Source of the DNA: Promethearchaeota archaeon
GTDB lineage: Archaea; Asgardarchaeota; Lokiarchaeia; Sigyniarchaeales; SOKP01
Assembly (NCBI GenBank): GCA_016839705.1
Contig: JAEOTR010000041.1
Coordinates: forward strand, 32,001-96,000
Length of the DNA stretch: 64,000 nucleotides
Direction: 5' to 3'
A program made the translations under genes and the position numbers. Positions 9,937 through 19,714 of the stretch are shown here, one piece after another; the first letter of the stretch is position 1, and each line of letters opens with the position of its first letter. The notes below the pieces were generated by a model. It did not search any database and was not told the DNA's origin. It worked only from the letters and a program-made list of their open reading frames with translations.

Positions 9937-11046
9937 ATGAGTAAAAAAAAAGAGGATAATGGCGTAATCATTACCTATACGGATGATGTTATTAAGGAAC
10001 GTCTAGGTAAATATGGGGCAGTTTATTTTTCTGCAGATATCAAAGAATCTGTAGAAGATATTTTAGGGAATGAAGTTAAGAAGGAATTACTAGACGATTT
10101 CTTTAAAGCTTTAATGAAGTATGACGAATTTATGGAACAATTAAAAAATACAAAATTAAATCCTAATTTAACAGTACTTTTATATGGTCCTCCAGGTACT
10201 GGTAAAACATCATTAACAAGAGGATTTGCTAAGAAATATAATATTCCCTTATGTGTTGTAGAATCTGATAGACTTGTATCTCCATTACTCGGAGATACGA
10301 TAAAAAATATAAGAGGTGTTGTTGAACTTGCATCAGAAATTTCAAAGGATAGAGGAGCTTTTATTCTTTTTTTTGATGAAATTGATGCTATTGGTTCTGA
10401 AAGATCTAATATTCACGAAGTTGGAGAAATTAAACGCGCGGTAATATCTTTTCTACAAGTTATTGACAGAGTTAATTATGAGGGTGTACCATTAGCGATA
10501 TTTGGAGCAACTAACCATCAACATCAACTTGATTCTGCGATATGGCGTCGTTTCACCTTCCATTTCAGATTTGACTTCCCTAATTACCAATTGCGAAAAA
10601 AGATAATTGAATCTTTTCTCGATAAGATAAAAGATGCAAAAATAGGCATCGATAATTCCATATTTACAAATTTGAATTCCGAATATGATGAAATACAAAC
10701 AATACATAAAAATTTAGAAAATAAACTAGGGCATAAAATTTCTGAGTTTGATGATGATATGTTATGGGATGAGATCACCAAAAAACATAAGAGGGAGGGT
10801 CTGTTAAAATTGACTTATGGTTATTCTGGGTCTGATATTGAAAGAGGAACAAGAGTGGCATTATTTAAGGCAATTAATGCGGAACTTCTTACCCATGATA
10901 TTTTCTATAACTCCCTAAGACTAGTTGGAGGCACTGCTATTCATGTTCAAAGACAAGACATACTGAGTAGTGATAGAAATTTAGCAAGAGGAACCAGAAA
11001 TTCTAAGGAAGAACGAAAAGATTTACCCTCTCCCCCCGAAATTTAG
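9937..11046 (+). CDS. Classical-clade AAA+ ATPase (single AAA module)
   Basis: Walker A GPPGTGKT, Walker B ILFFDEID, sensor ATN, SRH LDSAIWRRF, lid GYSGSDI. Confidence 0.9.
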   Translation: MSKKKEDNGVIITYTDDVIKERLGKYGAVYFSADIKESVEDILGNEVKKELLDDFFKALMKYDEFMEQLKNTKLNPNLTVLLYGPPGTGKTSLTRGFAKKYNIPLCVVESDRLVSPLLGDTIKNIRGVVELASEISKDRGAFILFFDEIDAIGSERSNIHEVGEIKRAVISFLQVIDRVNYEGVPLAIFGATNHQHQLDSAIWRRFTFHFRFDFPNYQLRKKIIESFLDKIKDAKIGIDNSIFTNLNSEYDEIQTIHKNLENKLGHKISEFDDDMLWDEITKKHKREGLLKLTYGYSGSDIERGTRVALFKAINAELLTHDIFYNSLRLVGGTAIHVQRQDILSSDRNLARGTRNSKEERKDLPSPPEI

Positions 11047-11070
11047 TGATATTAAATATATTGACTTGCT

Positions 11071-12111
11071 ATGAAAGAAAATCAAGTATTTAATCTTGAA
11101 AAGATTAAGGACCTCACCGCTTCTATTGATGTGCTCCAAGCTAGAGTTCATCAATTAACAGAAAAATCGTTGAAAGCTGAAACCTGGAAAAAATTATTGA
11201 TAGAAAGTTTTTCAGGAGAAAATAATCTTTCTCAAACTGATATTATCTCAGATTTATTAGTAAATATAAGCAAAAAGTTACAAAAAATTGCGAGGGAAAA
11301 TATTGGTCAATTTTTAAACTTTCAAGAAGGATTAATAAGAAAATATAAAGAAATCAACCAGCAGAAATTAAAGAAAATAAAACTAGATGAAGATTCATTG
11401 AGAAGAATAGGTTTATTTCTAATTGAAAATAGAAATATAAGCAAGTTAATTCATCAAATTTCCTACACTCCTTCTTTAGAAGTTTCTTTATGGATAGAAA
11501 TCTTAGACTCGCTCCAACAAAACTCTTTGTTTTTAAAAATAATGAAAAGAATCGCACTATATAGAGAAAATTTAATACACGATAAACTCAAAATAGAAAT
11601 CAAAAAAATTCCTAAAGATACGGAAACATCTTTAGTAAATGAATATGAAAAAGCTTTTTTAGAAGATCCTGAGTTGTCTTTTAAGGAATTTCTTCAAATC
11701 ATCGAGAACAATTTAACTCAACAAGAATTAAAAGAAAAAAGAATATTTTTAAAAGAAGCAAAAGAAAAAGAAGAATTAGAAAATTTGAAAAAAAATCAAG
11801 AGGAACACAAAGAAACTTATAATGATTATCTCAAATTATCTGATAGTGAATTCAAGAGAAAAAGGCGTAAGAAATCTAGAGAAAAATTAAAATCCATAAC
11901 AATAGATACCAAAGAAATAAAAGAAATAGAGATTAGTGATGAAATCACTGAAAAAATTGAAAAATTTAAATCTAAGTTTGACAAAACTTTCGAAGAAAAA
12001 TATTTAATTCAAAAAGATGATGAAAAAGATCCTCTTGATCTAGTAAGGGAAAGAAAAAGAAAAAAGGAAAGTGAATACAAGCAGTATAAAGATCATTTTG
12101 AAGAAAACTAA
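11071..12111 (+). CDS. Hypothetical charged coiled-coil protein
   Basis: 346-aa K/E-rich ORF in operon. Confidence 0.6.
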   Translation: MKENQVFNLEKIKDLTASIDVLQARVHQLTEKSLKAETWKKLLIESFSGENNLSQTDIISDLLVNISKKLQKIARENIGQFLNFQEGLIRKYKEINQQKLKKIKLDEDSLRRIGLFLIENRNISKLIHQISYTPSLEVSLWIEILDSLQQNSLFLKIMKRIALYRENLIHDKLKIEIKKIPKDTETSLVNEYEKAFLEDPELSFKEFLQIIENNLTQQELKEKRIFLKEAKEKEELENLKKNQEEHKETYNDYLKLSDSEFKRKRRKKSREKLKSITIDTKEIKEIEISDEITEKIEKFKSKFDKTFEEKYLIQKDDEKDPLDLVRERKRKKESEYKQYKDHFEEN

Positions 12112-12135
12112 TTAATAATTTAGAAGTGTTGTAAG

Positions 12136-13752
12136 ATCCAGACGAAAAATTTCAAAATTTCTATTGGTTCGAAAGAGATATCAATTCAAGAAAGATACAC
12201 TCTAATTAAAGGAATAATTAAAAGAAACCAAATTGAAAATTTAAAAAATGAAGCTTTCACTGGAGTTCTAAAAGAATTAAATATAATTTCTCTTGACAAA
12301 TTCATTAATCTCTATCAAGGTCGATCTGATAAATTCAACAAACTAGAGAAATCTCTTGAAATATTGAATCTATTTGAAGAATTTAATAATATTCTGGAAA
12401 AAAATATTGAAACTATTTCTCAATATTTCGAATTTATCCAATCTATGATTCTGATATTAAGATCGAAGATACTCCTAAAAAATAGAGAACAATTATTAAA
12501 AGAATTAGAAATTACAGAAAGGTTTAAACAATCTAGCGACGTTAAAGCCATTACAAATCTTTTGCAAAAATTAAACGAGTCTATGGATGATAATAAGAAG
12601 AAAATAAAATATTTAGAAGAAGATTACTTACAACGAAAAAACCAAAATAACCAGTTTATAAAGCAAAAAACTGATTTTATCTCAAGGATACAAGAACTAA
12701 CTCAACTAAAAAAAAGTTGTTTTAGTCAAATTAATAAAATCACTCGAGAGATGTCGGGGAATTCTATAGACAAGAAAGAGAAATTAAATGGAATAATTGA
12801 AATTGATAATAATATGACTAATGCTCAAAAAATAAGAGCTCTCCAAACGAAGGCAAAAGAAGTACAAATTGAGATTAGGGAACTCAATTCAAATCTAGGT
12901 GACTTGAATTTAAGATATGAAGAGTTTAATCCGATTTATCAGACTTATAAACAGGACTACAATAATCTTATTGAAATTATTAATAATGATGCAAATAAAA
13001 TTGAGGAATTGCAATTTAAGCTTAGAGAGGAGGTTAAAGAAAGTGAAAACGATAGTTCCCAGACCTATGATGACCTTGATTTGAAGTCAATACGATCAAA
13101 ACAAGAAATTGAAGAAGCTATTAAAAATACGACTTCTGAGATAAAATCACTATCAATTCCCAATAATTTAATTAACTCTAAAAACCCAGAAGATTTATCA
13201 CTTGTAATAGAAAAGTTAAATCATTTTAATGATACAGCAAGCACTTTGGAGAAAGATGTTAGAATAAGTAAGGAAGAAGCTGAACTTGAGGAGATTTTTG
13301 AATCTTTTCAAAAGTTAGAGATGGTTATTTCTGATCTTGAACATCTTATTAATATCTTTTTATCGAAAATTAATCTAGAATCACATTTCCAAATTCTATT
13401 AAATGATAATAATAAGATGTTTTATATTCAATCATCTTTTACTCGGAATAATAAAGAAAAACTTATTTTCGATAAATTAACTACCCCAGAGAAGATATTT
13501 TTTATTATTATCTATTTTATTTCAATCGAAATCCAACTTAAAAATAACAATATAGTTTTTTCAAATCAATTTATACCAAGTAATTATAATAAAGCAGGTT
13601 CCATTTATAGAACAATTAGAAAAATAATCCCTCTTTTTGAAAGTGAGGATTTTTCAGAATTTAACTTAATATTTATTCTATCAAATTTAGAAATGAAAAA
13701 AGAAATTAAAAATTTAAAAATAATAACGATTCAAGAAAGTAGTGAAACTTAG
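12136..13752 (+). CDS. SMC-like long coiled-coil protein with degenerate ABC head (ORF-track start 12364; frame open from 12124)
   Basis: N-terminal IQTKNFKISIGSKEISI..YTLIKG resembles the SMC first strands without a P-loop; C-terminal FDKLTTPEKIFFII resembles a degenerate LSGGEK signature. Confidence 0.5.
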   Translation: MQTKNFKISIGSKEISIQERYTLIKGIIKRNQIENLKNEAFTGVLKELNIISLDKFINLYQGRSDKFNKLEKSLEILNLFEEFNNILEKNIETISQYFEFIQSMILILRSKILLKNREQLLKELEITERFKQSSDVKAITNLLQKLNESMDDNKKKIKYLEEDYLQRKNQNNQFIKQKTDFISRIQELTQLKKSCFSQINKITREMSGNSIDKKEKLNGIIEIDNNMTNAQKIRALQTKAKEVQIEIRELNSNLGDLNLRYEEFNPIYQTYKQDYNNLIEIINNDANKIEELQFKLREEVKESENDSSQTYDDLDLKSIRSKQEIEEAIKNTTSEIKSLSIPNNLINSKNPEDLSLVIEKLNHFNDTASTLEKDVRISKEEAELEEIFESFQKLEMVISDLEHLINIFLSKINLESHFQILLNDNNKMFYIQSSFTRNNKEKLIFDKLTTPEKIFFIIIYFISIEIQLKNNNIVFSNQFIPSNYNKAGSIYRTIRKIIPLFESEDFSEFNLIFILSNLEMKKEIKNLKIITIQESSET

Positions 13753-14263
13753 AATGGAATTGGAAAATGTTGAAGAAGTAATAAGGAATGTTACTAAAAT
13801 TATCTTAACTAATCCCCAAAAAATGATAAGAGAAGAAGATTTGAAAAATTTGAGCAGAGATTTTAACTTTGATTTTGTAATGAGTCAAATTTATGTAAAA
13901 TTACAAGATATTGGTTTTGAATTAATCAAAACAACATTTCTTGAACAAAAATTTTATATTTTAACCTCTGAGGGTAAGGATGATAATGTTACACCATCGC
14001 AATACGGTACTTTAGCTTTAATAGTTGCTCTAAGCAAAGAAGTTGATGAGAATATAAAAATTGAGGATTTAAAAGAGATTTTTGCTGAAACATGGGATAG
14101 TGACATTCAATTTTTAATTGATAATGATTATCTTAGAAAATTTGAAGAACTAGGGATAATAAAAGTGGCACCATTGGGGAAAGCTATCATGAAAAATATC
14201 ATTGGCGATATCCAATTAAAGAATTTACTAGAGTTGTTTAAGGAAGACCATCAAAATGAATAA
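13742..14263 (+). CDS. Tandem winged-helix protein, ScpB/MksE/Nse3 (kite)-like
   Basis: 173 aa overlapping the SMC-like gene; LQDIGFELI..FYIL and VTPSQYGTLALIV..LIDNDYL..IKVAPLG look like two wHTH units. Confidence 0.5.
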   Translation: MKLRMELENVEEVIRNVTKIILTNPQKMIREEDLKNLSRDFNFDFVMSQIYVKLQDIGFELIKTTFLEQKFYILTSEGKDDNVTPSQYGTLALIVALSKEVDENIKIEDLKEIFAETWDSDIQFLIDNDYLRKFEELGIIKVAPLGKAIMKNIIGDIQLKNLLELFKEDHQNE

Positions 14264-15640
14264 AATTATACTCATTTTATTTCAAATAATAATATCAACG
14301 ATGTTTTGTTGTAGTATTTGTGGCATTAGTCCGAATGCCTCTATCCCATCAACCGAAATGGCATTTGGGAATGCTTTTTTCATTATATTATATGCTCCAT
14401 TCACGTCAGCATTGAGTAGAACACCTTTGGAGGTTTTGAACAGACCTCTGGAAATTCTTTTTCCTACATAGGTTTCATGTTTTCCAATCGGTTCATTATC
14501 CAAGAAAGAGCATTTAGAAGTATGATTTTCATTAACAGTTAAAACATGAATTCCTTTTAATTGAGCTTTATATTCGATTTGTTTTACTAATTTCAAGAAA
14601 GGGATTTGCACAAATTTCTGATTATTTTTTTTTCCAATATTAATCTTCTGCTTCCATCCATGATTATAACCTATTATAATTGTTCCAATGTTATGTAAAG
14701 TGCAATATTCAATTATACTCTTAGAGATTCGATGAAATAATGTAGTAAGTTTATTGTTTCGAGTTAAATGGAGTTTTTGAATCCGTTTTGTATCATTAAA
14801 ATTGCCTTTCTTACTTTCAATACTCCTATAATATGCTAATTGCTTGTTATAATATTGATTTATAGATTTTATCATCCCACCCTTAATAATAAATGGTTTA
14901 CATCCATTATTATTTACAGCAGTTATGAGATTATTTAATCCTAAATCAATGCTTAGCAAATGATCTTTATCTAATCTTAAATCATTCTCTTTTTTTTCAT
15001 AAACAAGCTCAACTTTATATTTTACTCCTAAAGGGATTATCCTTACTTCTTTTAATCTTTCTGTAATTCTTGTTTTAATTGGGTTAATATTTACTCTTTT
15101 TGGAAAGTGTATATATCCTTGTTTTATCGTGCATTGCTGATTGGTGAAAATTACTACAGATTCCCCCTTTTTCTTTTTATATCCTGGAATTTTAGGTCTT
15201 CTTTTAAATTTCCTAAAATCAAGCCTATACTCCTTGAGACCTTTAAAATATGATTTCCAATTTCTGTTCACGTATTTGAGGATTTGCTGTGATGTCTGAG
15301 AAGGAAGACTTTGGTAAGCTTGTTTGTTTTTAAGAATGAAATCTAAGTCATAATAAGTTAAAAGATTATTGAGATTAAAAAAATCTTGTCTAACATACCA
15401 ATTAGCTAAATTGTAAAGGTTTTTAGCTAAATGACATATTGTTGATAATTCTAATGAATATTCTACTTGGATAACTTCAGTTAATCTCATTTTAATACTA
15501 GTGAAAAACCATTGCTATTTAATGAAATATAGTATCCATAATAACTGATTTTTCCAATAATAATATCAAATGAATACAAAAGATATAACTTATGGAAAAT
15601 ATATTTACTATAAAATAAATTAAAAAATTTGAAAATAAAT
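14264..15640 (-). mobile_element. TnpB-only (IS1341-like) insertion sequence; ends approximate
   Basis: tnpB without tnpA, located between convergent host genes. Confidence 0.6.
14282..15490 (-). CDS. tnpB: IS200/IS605-family RNA-guided endonuclease TnpB
   Basis: AKNLYNLA, LPSQTSQQ, RuvC-I SIDLGLNN, VNENHTSKCS, RuvC-III NADVNGAYNI. Confidence 0.92.
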   Translation of the reverse strand: MRLTEVIQVEYSLELSTICHLAKNLYNLANWYVRQDFFNLNNLLTYYDLDFILKNKQAYQSLPSQTSQQILKYVNRNWKSYFKGLKEYRLDFRKFKRRPKIPGYKKKKGESVVIFTNQQCTIKQGYIHFPKRVNINPIKTRITERLKEVRIIPLGVKYKVELVYEKKENDLRLDKDHLLSIDLGLNNLITAVNNNGCKPFIIKGGMIKSINQYYNKQLAYYRSIESKKGNFNDTKRIQKLHLTRNNKLTTLFHRISKSIIEYCTLHNIGTIIIGYNHGWKQKINIGKKNNQKFVQIPFLKLVKQIEYKAQLKGIHVLTVNENHTSKCSFLDNEPIGKHETYVGKRISRGLFKTSKGVLLNADVNGAYNIMKKAFPNAISVDGIEAFGLMPQILQQNIVDIII

Positions 15641-15642
15641 TG

Positions 15643-16059
15643 TTAGTCTTCAAGATCCATTTTAAATTGCTCGTAAATTTTTCTAACTCTGTCTGCCGAA
15701 GGCCCTTCTCCACGTACGCCTGATTCATCGACTATAATTTTCCCACTCAATATTGAGATTATGTTTTGATCTTCAATATAATTCACATGTCCTTTCGAGA
15801 AAATAGTGGCTATCCGTTCGCTAAGCGCAACCATAGGAAAGGGTTCTTCTTCTAAACTCACAAAATTATAAAAATTACTCCTTATAAACAATTTTGGGAA
15901 TGTTTTATTTTTTTCATTTTTCACATTAATAAGGATAAGGTTTGAATCTTCTGAGATTCCTTTTAATTGGCCAACAAAAAATTTATCCTTATCAATGTAT
16001 ACTTTAACGATTTTATCAATAAGCGTTGCTAACTCAGTATTATATTGTCTAAATGACAT
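15643..16059 (-). CDS. Lsm/SmAP family RNA-binding protein with C-terminal domain (SmAP3-like)
   Basis: Sm1/Sm2 pattern IDKIVKVYI..GQLKGI..NLILINV..LFIRSN plus C-terminal domain GEGPSADRV. Confidence 0.75.
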   Translation of the reverse strand: MSFRQYNTELATLIDKIVKVYIDKDKFFVGQLKGISEDSNLILINVKNEKNKTFPKLFIRSNFYNFVSLEEEPFPMVALSERIATIFSKGHVNYIEDQNIISILSGKIIVDESGVRGEGPSADRVRKIYEQFKMDLED

Positions 16060-16122
16060 AATTCATACAACAGAACATTTTTACTTATTATAATATTATT
16101 TTCTTTCGTTTTTATTCTTAAT

Positions 16123-16785
16123 TTAAATAAATAACTCATTTATTAGTTTCTCAATATTTTCTTCAGTTAAAGCACTTGTTGTAATAATCTTAAGGTTTGG
16201 ATTGATTTTTTCTGCATCTTTTATCATTTCTTCTATGTTTACATCCATTACATCTCTTAAATCTATTTTATTAATTACTGCTATATCCGAAGACTTGAAC
16301 AACATTGGATGTTTGCGTATAACCCATGGACCTTCTGTTATAGAAACTATAACTACTCTCTTATCAGCACCTAGTATAAAATCTGATGGGCAGATTAAAT
16401 TCCCAACATTCTCAATAAAAAGAATATCAATCTGCTGTAAATCATGATTTTTTATTACCTGCGAAATATGATACGAATTTAACGAACACTCTCTACCGGT
16501 GTTAATTTGAATTGAGGTAACTCCATGTTTACTAATTCTATCGGCATCAATTCTTGTAGTTACATCACCATTAATAACAAGAATTCGATATTCCTTGGAG
16601 ACCCTCCTTATTATCGCTTCGATTAGTGCTGTTTTTCCTGCACCAATTGCTCCTACGAAATCAATAGATTTTATTTTAAGTTCGTTTAAAACCTTCCTAT
16701 TTTTTTCAGCTAATCTATCATTATTAGCAAGTAAATCCTCATTTAACTCAATTACTTTGGAGATCTCCTTGTCAGACATTATCAA
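16123..16785 (-). CDS. hypB: Hydrogenase nickel incorporation GTPase HypB
   Basis: GAIGAGKT, INGD..DADRI, INTGRECSL, IENVGNLICP, NKID. Confidence 0.88.
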   Translation of the reverse strand: MIMSDKEISKVIELNEDLLANNDRLAEKNRKVLNELKIKSIDFVGAIGAGKTALIEAIIRRVSKEYRILVINGDVTTRIDADRISKHGVTSIQINTGRECSLNSYHISQVIKNHDLQQIDILFIENVGNLICPSDFILGADKRVVIVSITEGPWVIRKHPMLFKSSDIAVINKIDLRDVMDVNIEEMIKDAEKINPNLKIITTSALTEENIEKLINELFI

Positions 16786-16880
16786 ATTTTTATATATGAG
16801 TTGAAATCAAATAAATTACGAAAATAAAATCATTGTCATTGATATTTTTTATGGATATAAAAGAAAAGTTACAAAATCTT

Positions 16881-17834
16881 TTATCTCCCTAATTGGATTC
16901 TATATACAATGTATGCTCCCAAAATCCCACCTAGATCCGGTAAATAAAACAAAATATATATAGGATCACTAAGCGCAAGTAATAACCCCGGCAATAATCT
17001 GAACAGGATTATTATATATAAAAATGTTCTTCCTTTCAATCTAATTGGAAGAAAATACATCATTGCAGTAATCTGTTGATTCATAATAGGAAAAAGTGAA
17101 TAAGACAATATTCCTAATATTCCACCCCACGCAAATCCAACAAATATTGAATTCTCAATCCTATCTATTGGTATATAAAAATGCAAAGATAATCTCATTA
17201 TAATATAAAACAACGCAGAAAATAAGCTACTTATGATATACAACTTAAATAAAAATTTAGGGCCTTTTCTTGCTTCAATATTTCTTGCCATAAAATAAAG
17301 AAACATTAACATTATAATCAATAAGAAAAATCCAAAAAAATCAATTTCACTTATAAAAAGACTTGTAATAAATGTATGGTAAGTAAAATCAAAGATTAGA
17401 CCGTATAAACTCAAATAAATATATTGAGGAAGCCCATAAAGACCAAAAATTATCCCAACAATTGAAAAAACGATAATCATTACAAATAATGTCTTTGTGC
17501 CTGAAAATTGAGTAGACTTTTTATAAAGTTGTTGGCTACTCTCATAAGTCTTTAAGGTTTTCTTTCTTTCTCGATCCTGTCTTTTTAGATATTTTTTTAA
17601 TGCCTTTGGGCCTTGATCTAAATATTCTTGAGATTTAGGTTTTTGTAAATCTACATCTGGATAGCGTTTCTTTGTGCTTTTTGGAGTGGTGGGTGCAACT
17701 GATACATGCTTTAATTCAAATGTACATTCATGATTTTCAGGCAATCTATGTTTCTTACAAAAAGTTCCACCACAATATTTACAAGTAAAAGGTAGATATC
17801 CAATCTGTTCACCACAAAACTCACAATACGTCAA
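16881..17834 (-). CDS. AN1 zinc finger fused to rhomboid-like membrane domain (apparently catalytically inactive)
   Basis: [28 protein letters not shown]; about 6 TM segments with IEARKGP, GFAWGG in place of GxSG and PDLGG in place of AHLGG. Confidence 0.7.
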   Translation of the reverse strand: MTYCEFCGEQIGYLPFTCKYCGGTFCKKHRLPENHECTFELKHVSVAPTTPKSTKKRYPDVDLQKPKSQEYLDQGPKALKKYLKRQDRERKKTLKTYESSQQLYKKSTQFSGTKTLFVMIIVFSIVGIIFGLYGLPQYIYLSLYGLIFDFTYHTFITSLFISEIDFFGFFLLIIMLMFLYFMARNIEARKGPKFLFKLYIISSLFSALFYIIMRLSLHFYIPIDRIENSIFVGFAWGGILGILSYSLFPIMNQQITAMMYFLPIRLKGRTFLYIIILFRLLPGLLLALSDPIYILFYLPDLGGILGAYIVYRIQLGR

Positions 17835-18013
17835 TATGAATCACAGTAGAATTTTTCAATCGTTTACCTTTTGGTTTGATAAAAAAGTACCCATAATATA
17901 ATTTTAAAAAATTATTATCCTTGATAATTTTTTAGGTTTTTTTTGTTATTTTAAATTATTATTTGAATTTCTAAGTCTTCAAAAAGAAATTCAGATTGTA
18001 AATCAACTGAAGA

Positions 18014-18979
18014 TTAAAGTGTTATACCACCTTGAGTTAGAACTAAAGTTACAATCAACATTCCCACCAGAGATACGGCTAAGAATATGTAGACTTTTTT
18101 GTTCCACTTCCAAATATTTTGACCATCCAAAATCCCAATGGGGATCATATTAAACGAACCTAACATGAAATTTAAATAAGCAGAAACTACAAATAGGGGA
18201 CCTAATGGGTTAAGGCTTGAAGGGATTAAAAAAGCTATAATAAATAGAATAATCCCATAAACAAGGTTTACAGATGGTCCCGCTGCTTTACATAAACCTG
18301 TTTTTTTACTCACCTTTTCTAGCCCTAAAACTACAACTGCACCTGGTAAAGCTAAAGAAGGTATTGGTATATTTAATAGTCCAGCAACTAGTGAAATAAC
18401 AGTCAATAGCATACCGAATGTAAGAAGTCGAAATTTTGTCTGCAATTTAAAACGTAAAGCTACTTGTCGATGACCGAATTCATGGAAAAGAAAAGCTGTC
18501 ATGTAGATACCTGCTAGCATAAATGTTGTCCAACCATAACCTATGGCAAATAGAACTGGATCATAAAAGATCATAACTCCTATAACGAAAATCAAAACTG
18601 AGGCTATTACAAAATGTATTAACTCTGATAAATGTGGAAATAAGATTCCCTTAAACTTTATCCCGGAATCGGGTTCAAAAGCATTTGCAGGAACGTGAGT
18701 TTCTTGACGAAACCATGTATAAGTCCCGTCTGTTGTCCCACGAGCTACACCCGGAGGTGATTGTTGATACTCCTGTACATGGTGAGTGGGTGAAATTTGA
18801 GTAGATTCAGTATAAGAACTCGTAGGAGGTTGCACTTGTGGAATATTCAGAGCCTCCCTGACAATATTACATTCATGATCTATTGGATCTTTATGAAAAG
18901 AACAATAATCTTGACTACAATTGCTACAAAAAAAAGGTTCTCCCATAATTTCATTTCCACAGTGAGCACATCTTACCAT
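18014..18979 (-). CDS. AN1 zinc finger fused to M50 (site-2 protease family) metalloprotease
   Basis: CAHC..CSNC..YCSFH..HEC; HEFGH, AAGPSVN, FNMIPIGILDG. Confidence 0.85.
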   Translation of the reverse strand: MVRCAHCGNEIMGEPFFCSNCSQDYCSFHKDPIDHECNIVREALNIPQVQPPTSSYTESTQISPTHHVQEYQQSPPGVARGTTDGTYTWFRQETHVPANAFEPDSGIKFKGILFPHLSELIHFVIASVLIFVIGVMIFYDPVLFAIGYGWTTFMLAGIYMTAFLFHEFGHRQVALRFKLQTKFRLLTFGMLLTVISLVAGLLNIPIPSLALPGAVVVLGLEKVSKKTGLCKAAGPSVNLVYGIILFIIAFLIPSSLNPLGPLFVVSAYLNFMLGSFNMIPIGILDGQNIWKWNKKVYIFLAVSLVGMLIVTLVLTQGGITL

Positions 18980-19172
18980 TATTATAACCTAATATTATGA
19001 AATTTTTTTTGTGTTATTTTTTAATTAATTTATTATTAAATTCCAAATTTAAAACTTTATTTAGATAGTTAGAGACACTTTTCTTCTGTGCTTATTAACC
19101 TTGTTTTTGCTAAATTTTATTAATGTAAAGTTTACTATTTTAGTAGAGTTAAAGGATTTATAAGTGAGTGTG

Positions 19173-19325
19173 ATGAGTGAGGAAGAAGAACAAGATGAAA
19201 AATCTCTAGAAGAGGAACGACAAAAACTAGCTGAATTAGGTGTGGATAACACTTGGGGATTACTGACATCTGGTGAAAAAAAGAAAGAAGAACCGGAAAA
19301 GAAACCTTTTAGAGGTTTCAAATAA
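19173..19325 (+). CDS. Small charged protein (50 aa), absent from ORF track
   Basis: GTGAGTG RBS, ATG 19173, MSEEEEQDEKSLEEERQKLAELGVDNTWGLLTSGEKKKEEPEKKPFRGFK. Confidence 0.65.
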   Translation: MSEEEEQDEKSLEEERQKLAELGVDNTWGLLTSGEKKKEEPEKKPFRGFK

Positions 19326-19416
19326 AAATATAAAACTTTCCTATTTTTACAGAAACAGAATGTAATTATATTTCTAATTACTTAGTATAATTATTATAAC
19401 TTATATAGAAGTCGGG

Positions 19417-19671
19417 TTGATACATACGAAAAAATCAAAAAGAACAGTGTATTGCCCAACCTGTGAGTGTGAAGTTGTATTACGCAGAAAGAATTTTGAA
19501 CACCAATATCATGAGTTACTTTGCTTTCTTGTAATCCTTACAATGGGTATTGGATTTATTATTTATTATCTGTTAAAACATAGCAAAAAACCTAATACAT
19601 GTCCTAATTGTGAAACTGAATTTGACTTGGAAACCCATAAAGAGATTATTATTAAAGAAAGAGATTTTTAA
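19417..19671 (+). CDS. LITAF-like zinc ribbon membrane protein
   Basis: CPTC, hydrophobic helix, CPNC arrangement. Confidence 0.6.
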   Translation: MIHTKKSKRTVYCPTCECEVVLRRKNFEHQYHELLCFLVILTMGIGFIIYYLLKHSKKPNTCPNCETEFDLETHKEIIIKERDF

Positions 19672-19714
19672 ATTCACTACATGACGAAATTGGTAATAAT
19701 TAGACAAAAGAACT

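Noticed and set aside
5345-14263. Calling the operon a canonical Wadjet/MksBEFG or CdvABC/ESCRT system
   Set aside because: No intact SMC Walker motifs or JetD Toprim nuclease; the AAA lacks an MIT domain and no Snf7-like gene is recognisable
19061-19321. Minus-strand 86-aa ORF and the many other short antisense or overlapping ORFs in the track
   Set aside because: Shadows of real genes on the opposite strand or in another frame; no recognisable motifs
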